In this document: one piece after another, positions 56,049 through 64,000 of the stretch | How positions within the stretch are numbered: position 1 is the stretch's first letter | How the letters are laid out: each line of letters starts with the position of its first letter | DNA from: Eledone cirrhosa | Lineage: Eukaryota | NCBI GenBank assembly: GCA_964016885.1 | Contig: OZ024740.1 | Span: forward strand, 62,062,001-62,126,000 | Direction: 5' to 3' | DNA length: 64,000 bases | The notes under the pieces: generated by a model | What the model was told of the DNA's origin: nothing | The model's database searches: none | The model's input: only the letters and a program-made list of their open reading frames with translations | Translations under genes and position numbers: made by a program

Positions 56049-58920
56049 TGTATGGTTTAAAGTATTTTATCATCTGGAACCAAATTATACAGTAAATTAG
56101 TGAAAGCAATTAATCAGTAAATTAATGTCTTCAATAAAAAATGCAGTATTTAAACCTCCCCATTTTATTTTTAACACTTTTGCATAATTGAAAACTTGAT
56201 TTTTTTTAGATTCATTTGTACCACATTTCTGAGAATAACACATTAGCGCCTCTCCTTTAACTGTAATTCAAGCCTCATATGGTGAATATTTCATATTAAG
56301 TACTGACCCATGTGAAGGGTTCACTTGACATTGTTTTGTTGGGTTTCACTGTGGTGATTTTAAAATACTAGACTACCTTGCTTTATAAAAAAGGTGTTTT
56401 ATATCTGAGTTGTTGACCTTAGAAAAGACATTTGGTTGTAAATTTCACACAACAGCAGTTTATATAATAATCTAAAGTTTTTGCACTATACATTCTAGGT
56501 TTGTAGGGACAGCTAGAGATGTGAAAATGGATTAAGAAACTTGTGTCTATGAAGTTGAAGTTATAAAAATTTTATTTTTTTACTATCAACCTGCCTGAAA
56601 CTGCCTCTGGTTCTATTATACAATACTGTTTATTTTAAAAAGTAGTGGTTAGAATATTGGATTCATGATTTAAAGGTTTGATTCTAGGACTGGGTGTCAC
56701 ATTATGTTCTTGAGCAAGACACTTTATTTCACATTGCTTTCCATGGTACATCTGGGGTCCCTATCATTAGTCAATTACAAGATACTTTCCTTGTCTTATG
56801 CTCCAATTATTACAGTCTCTGCCATGTTATACACACAATCTCCTTTAACCCATATTTCTAACTAAATACATGGCCTAGATGTAAAAAATACTTTAAAATG
56901 TTAATGGATTTAGTCAAATGACTTTGTCATTATGCTGTTGTTTAAAACATAAGTTTTTTTTTAAAGATTTATAATTACAACGGAATGTTTTAATTAAAAT
57001 ATTTAATTTTAAAATATGCAGTTTTGTGTAACATTTAAAGTGGTCACAGTTGAATTGGTATCAAAGGGGTTACATATGTAGAGTACCACTGCCACACTTT
57101 CTCTCATCAGCCCAGATTAGTATAAAACACACACATACTCATAAATAACATCAGCATCAATAGTCATCTCATTAACCCTAAGCATTGTATTGTAATGTAC
57201 ATCACCTATAGTATGAGCAAGGGAACAGTAACTGTTTGTGCTTTGGCAGCCCACCCTGTGATCACCACCAGAGTCTACAAGTGTATAGAAATAAACTGGA
57301 TAGTGGAAAGAGTATATAGACTATGTGTATCCAGTTTAGAATTTTCAACCCATATCCTTGCATGTTGTAAGAAGTAACTAAAAGTGACTAGGAAGGGCAT
57401 CTGACTGAGAAAATTGTTGCCTCTCACAGGGTCTACAAAGCTAACCTCTGCATTTGCAGGGAAAATGATCTTAAAACACTTGTAGATGGAGAGATTATAT
57501 GTCCAAACTGTTACACTGCTGTCCATATAGGTTACCACTGTATGTCAGTGTCATCTTCAGTTAGCCAGAGGCATGGTATAATAGGAACAATAGATTTGTG
57601 GATCATTCTTAATCATTTGGTTAACTCCCTTTGTACCATAATTCTTCTTGATGAAAGCTGACCTTGATGTTATAGCAGTTAGTGATGTGCAACCATATGT
57701 AAGGATTTGCCTGTTTATGTCCATATTCCCAGAACTCTAATTTTTTTATCTATTTCTCTATACTAGTATCAGTTCTACTTTGGAAAATTAATGTTAAATC
57801 ATAAACAATAACATAAATATTATAAAATCAGAGGCTCGTTGACATAAGCCTACCAAACTTTTAATTCTCTTGTGACTATATTTCTATTTGGTACACTACT
57901 TGTTTGAAAAATTGTCTGGGTGTTTCAATTGATTTTCAATATAAGATTGGTTTTAGAGAGGTTTAATAAAATGCCATTTTATATCTTTGATATATTGTTT
58001 GTATTGATGACTAAATAGAATCTCATGATATCATTCAAACTATGAGATTTTAACTCATATATGAATACTTTACTATGGGCAGTATCAGGCAGGTTATTGT
58101 TGAAAAGATTAATAATGTTTTTGAATCTAATCATTGTATTTCATAACATGGAAGTTGCTGTGATATGACAAATCCATTTTTCTGAACACTCTCTAGCTTC
58201 ATCCCACTTGTTCTGCTTTCTCCTGGTGTATTATAATGAGTCTGACACTTTGAATATTTTTGTTACTATATTTTGAATGAAAGTCATTGCCTATTTCAAA
58301 TAATTTTGAAAATAATCAAGAATGCTGGTGTTTGGAACATAATTTAACAAAGGTTCTTAGCTGAAATAATGCTGGAAGGTCTTTTAGATAAATATAAACA
58401 GGTTAGTATTGTATAACTTGGGGCAATTTCAGCAGATCTATACTAAAAGGGTTAATGCAAGGCAAGTTTGAACTGTAATAGTAAAATCACTGTTCATAGA
58501 CAACATGGTTTGAACATGTTTAGAGCATAGCATATTCAACCTTCCCAAGCCCACCCCTCTTCAAGTAATGCAATAAATTCACAGAGATTGATATGTTAAT
58601 TATTAACAAAAGCACCAACACATTCTTTTGAATAAATGACTATGAAATCACATACAATATATTTAATAAACATATATTTAATCTCACTATTTGCAGTATA
58701 TTTTTCACAGTAAGATTAAATATATGTTTATTAAATGTATTGAAGAAGATATCATATACATATTTATTGATGTGTTATTATATTTTAAGTGATTTTCTGC
58801 CAACAATTCTGAGTCTTTCATTACAACAACCAATATGGTGCTGAATTGGTAGTCATTAAAGTATAGGACAAACTACCTTGTAGTATTTGTTCTGGCACTC
58901 AGATCCAGATGAAGTCAACT

Positions 58921-59162
58921 TTAACCCTTTTCTGACCATATATCTAATGACTTATACTATATTTCAATTAATTAAGGAATAATTTTGAGTGATTTACTAA
59001 AATTATTCCATTATTAAAATTGTATTCGTAATAATAATTTAAATGGTTCTGATATAAAATTATGTTGGAATGTTTTAATTTAAATAGGAACCCTTTAAAA
59101 TGGGTGGTTTTGTTTCATAGAACGGGAGCTGATTTGGAGCAAGTTGGTATCAAAAGGGTTAA
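58921..59162. mobile_element. Older TTAA/CCCT-ended MITE (family B); relatives at ~47742-47968, 52866-53120, 61843-62282
   Basis: ttaacccttttc...ggtatcaaaagggttaa termini; shared internal words. Confidence 0.6.
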
Positions 59163-60174
59163 TCCTTTTGGAGGTCAATAAAATAAAGTGCCAGTCTGGA
59201 GTGGTGGAATTGCTATCGTCTCAGATAAAATGGCTTTTGGTATTTGTTCTAGCGGTTTGTGTTTTGAATTCAAACCCCATAGTGGTCTACTTTGGTAGTA
59301 GTCTTAACCTGTTACCATTTAACACCACCACTGTTTGATCCTTAAGTACCTTTAGCAGAGCCAACTCTGTTGCAAGTTTTCAAGCCATGCCCTCAATTTG
59401 AGGATTCTTTTCTCCCTCATGTCTTGGAAATGACACCAACTAAAAGGGTTATGGATGCTGCACTTCTCTCCTTGATTAAACGGTAAAAAAAACCCCAAAA
59501 CATCTGATATTCTCTCTGCCTTACATCGTGATATATTTATATCTTTCAAAGGTTTTAGGTTGATCATATCGCCCCCAGTATTTATATTTTCAAGTTTGGT
59601 ACTTATTGATCTCTAATTAAACTGTGTAGTTACAGGTCATAAACATAGACAAGGACACACACATACAATGGGTTTCTGCACAGTCTGCATAAAAAATTTC
59701 AATCTCAAGGCAGTGGTAAACCTGAGGCCTTAGTAGATGACACTTGCCGAAAGTGCTTTGCAGTGGGACTGAACCCCAAACCATGTGTTTCCATAGCAAA
59801 CTCCTTAACGACACAGCCATGCCCAAGCTTTTACAGGTAAAAATAAGTAAATATAGAAAAATAAACAAACAAATTTTAGCTTGTGATGAGTAATTTTTAT
59901 TTCTTTTTCTGTTTGAATTCAAGAAACACCATAGTTCTCACTACCAAATACTTTTGAATACAGCTGTTACTGATGTCATTCTTTAAGTACACTTATATAT
60001 TTGTGTCTTTGAACTACTTCCCCCATTTTATTAAAATCAATTCTATATTTAAATGTATTTTTTTATGGATACTTTTTTGTGTAAGGTGTGAGAAAATGTG
60101 AGGTTTTAAAATTTGTTTTCTTTCATTAATGCATTTTTTATTTGACTGTATAACTGTGTTGACTATATAACTGG

Positions 60175-60410
60175 CACTTCCAACTCATTTGTCTCTCCTT
60201 TCATTAGTCATGTTGTGTTCAACTCCTCCCAGGTATTGCATTAACCACTATAGTCAATCCTTCTTCCTCAGAACATTAGCCCTCTGGAACTCCCTCCCTG
60301 TTCATGTCTTTCCTACAAGAGTTGACTTGAAACACTTTAAAAGGAACATAAACAGCATGATTCTCTCTGTTCTTGGAGGGCATAGGTCTTTCTTCCAGAC
60401 CTACAACACA
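60175..60410 (+). mobile_element. CR1/Jockey-group LINE 3' remnant (related relic ~49470-49760)
   Basis: YSQSFFLRTLALWNSLPVHVFP...LKHFKRNIN C-terminal motif. Confidence 0.7.
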
Positions 60411-60551
60411 TAATACAAAGTAACCCATCTGACACGGACAATTTATTCATCAGGCTAACTACAGTAGCTTAATGCTGTAAATATATTAATTTTGAAAAAT
60501 AGGAATGAAAAAAAAATTCTGTTATCCTGTCTTGTATGCCCAATTGCTTAA

Positions 60552-60757
60552 CCCTTTTGCATTTAAACCGGCCGTATCTGGCCAGAATTCTCTCACCTTT
60601 TTCTGTTCAAACCGGTCATAACTGGCCATTCATACTTATGTTAAGGTATTGTTCTCAAAATAAATAATATCAAAATCTCATAGATTCGATATTGTGAAGT
60701 AAAGCCTTTACCACGAAAATACAATAGTAAATATAAAGTAATGCAAATGCTAAAGGG
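60552..60757. mobile_element. piggyBac-like MITE (family A, opposite orientation)
   Basis: TTAA TSD on both sides, CCCTTTTGCATTT...AAATGCTAAAGGG. Confidence 0.85.
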
Positions 60758-61170
60758 TTAATGCCCAGTATAAGTTATGGACTGCCTAACTTGTGCAGAG
60801 TTGGAAAAATTGATGTAAAGTGATAACTCAAACTCTGTTTAAAAAATTAATTGGACTCCTTCACTTTTGCTGTTTCTATTATAGGGAAGCAGGAAGTCAT
60901 AATAATTACTATAAAATCTATGAATTATTTCAACTTTTCATGATTTCTTTGATTAACTTGGATGTCTTTCAGAATGATGTATTTCAACTTACTTCAATAA
61001 TTGCAATTTTCAGTGTAATTCATTTATTTGAATCTCTTTTAACTTTACCATATTTACCATATTTCTAATGAAATCATCTCATGATTTTCAATTAATTTTT
61101 TAAATAATCAAAAATTTAGAGGGAATATAACTAACTTTCTCATTATGTTGGTGTTTGGAATATACTCTAA

Positions 61171-61389
61171 CCCTTTATCATTTATATTACTCTATATATA
61201 CTATTGTATTTTTGTGGTAAAGGCTTTATCTTACATAATTATCTAAAAAATTATCGAATCTGAGATTTTGATATTATTTATTTTGAGAACAATACCTTAA
61301 CATAAGTATGAGCAGTCGGTTACAGCGGGTTTGAACAGAAAGAGGTGAAAAAATTCTGGCTGGTTATGGCCGGTTTAAATGTTAAAAGG
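61171..61389. mobile_element. piggyBac-like MITE (family A)
   Basis: Similar to 29329-29549. Confidence 0.8.
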
Positions 61390-62617
61390 TTAACAAATGG
61401 TTTTACATATAACTGACTGTTTAAATTTAAATATACACTCTTTAAAACAATTGATTTTTTTTTTTTCATAGTATCAGAACCAGTTTCAGGTGGACTAATA
61501 GTTTCTTTGTTTTACACTATTAACTTGGTGGTTACTACTTCTCTTATTTAAACCCAGGTTATATTTAGCTTGAGGAGAATTATAGGTGATTGGATAGTAA
61601 TAAATGATAATCTACTTCCTATTCACATATTTTCATTCATTATGTATTAGCTAAGGTTTTAACCACCAAAACTATTTTCATAAAGTCTCTGTTTACTTAC
61701 ACATAGTAGATTACATCATATGCTTTTTTTGTGTGACATATAATTAATCTGGTTACTGCTTTTTATACCTGGTCAGGTTAAGGATTTGAAACAACAAGCG
61801 GGATCTTGGAATCATGATTTGTGAGTCTGTTGTCACAACATTTAACCCTTTCATTACTATATTTTCAATGAACGACACTGCTTATTTGAAAGTGAAATCT
61901 TTGTAGAAAAGTGTTAGTTTTCTGTTCTGGTTGTTGTAGCTTTTTAATAATATAATCTTGCCTGAAGTAGGACAATTCCCGTCTAAACCCATGCTAGCGT
62001 GGAAGATAGACGTTAAACGATGTTATTGATGATGAAATATATGTATGAATTTGGACATATACACTACCTATTATTTTCAATTAATTTTCTAAATAATCAA
62101 GAATTTTGTAATGAATTATCAATAGAGTTAACTTTTTAATTAAACTGGTGTTTGGAGCATAACATAACAAAGGTTTTTGCATAAAATTCTTTTGGAAGTC
62201 TTTTTAGATAAATATAAACACTTTAAAGCTTTCTATCATCGAATCAGAGGTAGATTCAGGTGGTCTGGTATCAAAAGGATTACAATGGTGGAAATTTGTC
62301 TTGATATGCTTCTGTATCATGTTACTATTCTTCCAGTTGCCCAATTCACTGACAACAGCTTGGTTGTCTTATTCTGTTGGTTACTTACAGCACTCGAATC
62401 ATTAATTGCTATTCCATAATTTCATTAGTTACCAATCTGATTCATTTAGAACTCTAATTTAGTTTGTTTGTTTTTTATTCTATATTACTGCTGGCACTGG
62501 TTTTGTATTTTCATCTTACTTTATTAATCATAGTTTTAATTTAGTTTTCTTTCAATACTAGCAGCAGGCTGTTCTATGTCTGTCTATCTGTCTCACCCTC
62601 TCTCATTATATATATAT

Positions 62618-62648
<31 letters not shown>

Positions 62649-64000
62649 AATAAACACACACCATTTTTGTATTTGTTTTGCAAGATTTTTGATATTGTTA
62701 TTCTTTGAGAGAGTCATGCTGCCAATAAAAACACACACACACCAGTTGTTTCACTTCAATCTATTATAAGTTCCAGTCAGTTAGTTTAATAATGGTTGTT
62801 TAGTTGTTGATTGTCAAAGCTCTTTCATCACACATTCTGTGACCCCTTCAATGACTACTTTTGTTACTTTGTTTCTCCTCTTCTGTTTTATGATTGTGTA
62901 ATCATTGGCATATAGGAGTTTCTATGGGCAGCCAGTCATACGTTTTTCAGTGCAGGATGATAGTAAACAGGAGAGGGCTAAGAATAAATGTGTGTGCATC
63001 TGTTACATTTACTATTTGTTTTAAGTTCAATAATTTAGTGGTTCAACAAATAGAGATCAATAAAATAAGTCCCAGACTTTAAAAAAAAAAAGTATTGGGT
63101 GGATATGATCAACTAAATCCTACAAAGGTGGCACCCTAATATGGCTACAACCTAATGACAAACTAGCAAAAGAATAAAAGAATACTTATAAGGAATATAT
63201 TGAGATTATTTCCAAGATTGTTTTTCAGTTTCATATGAAAAAAGGAAATTTATCTATTTTTGCATGAACATATAATAGACTTCTAAATAACAATTAAGGT
63301 CTATGGAACTCTAAGCATTACATGATTGAGTAGAAGAGGAGGCAGCAATAACAGCTTGGAAGCAGTAGAAAAAGCTCTAGCTGCAAAGATGTGACTGGTG
63401 GGATTGGTAAAATATCTCTTGGACAGAAGCCGATGTTTGATTAACCTTGGTTGGGCCATCTGGATGAAGTTGTATGATATAAAACCTGAAACATTCTATG
63501 ACTCTTGGATACTATACTGATGATGAGTCTAAGTATTTGCATTTGTAGATGGATGAAGAAATTGTTTCATGAATAATAAAGAAGAAAAATGAATCTACTT
63601 TTGCATGAGCATGTAGTTGATTTGTAAATAGCAGTTAAGTATGTGTTTCCTGTTCCTGAGTAAGAAATATGATGTAGTATATGAGGTGATTGTAGATATC
63701 ATGTTTCGTTTTCTTGAAACATTTCTTTTGTTTGCCCTTGTTCTTTCTGCACAGCATAAATAGATCTAATTAGATTTCCCATACTCACTACATTAAATAC
63801 GTTAAAACTAACTTAACTCTCATTGTTTTTTATATGGATGGATGATGTGTATGAGTAATTAAGCTTTTTTTTTATTTTTTTAAAAATCCTTTTAAACGTG
63901 ATCCCTACCCCTCACTTTTGGGTGACTGCATTAAAATCACTTTAAAAAGAATATTGTCACTTAAACCTGGAATGTTAAATTTTTCCTCTTCCTCATAGCA

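Noticed and set aside
57600-57710. Possible exon MKADLDVIAVSDVQPY|gtaagg
   Set aside because: No clear acceptor or recognisable homology; too weak to call.

Overview
Eukaryotic, very AT-rich, repeat-dominated DNA. The repeat landscape (huge TA microsatellites, RTE LINEs with GAT tails, tRNA-derived SINEs) looks cephalopod/octopus-like, which is inference. No complete host gene is recognisable and most short ORFs in the track are microsatellite or antisense artefacts. The left half holds a cluster of Penelope-like elements (PLEs) and hammerhead ribozymes (HHRs). (1) A PLE with an inverted architecture and an HHR at 1-3900. (2) A second, young PLE at 7241-14467 with an uninterrupted RT + GIY-YIG frame and a 1.55-kb inverted repeat. 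Its ORF is split by a young non-coding Gypsy-type LTR element whose tRNA-Trp PBS is unusually extended. (3) A 465-bp x2.8 tandem array at 15213-16506 with a complete minimal type-I HHR in each unit, which fits a non-LTR retrozyme and predicts a 465-nt circular RNA. A diverged relative at about 31.2-31.7 kb shows compensatory base-pair changes. Seven RTE LINE copies carry a PHD-type C4HC3 finger inside the RT region. Also present are a mariner relic, TTAA piggyBac-like MITEs, SINEs, fold-back palindromes, a 200-N gap, and a CpG-richer putative promoter region at 42-44 kb with weak candidate exons on both strands.
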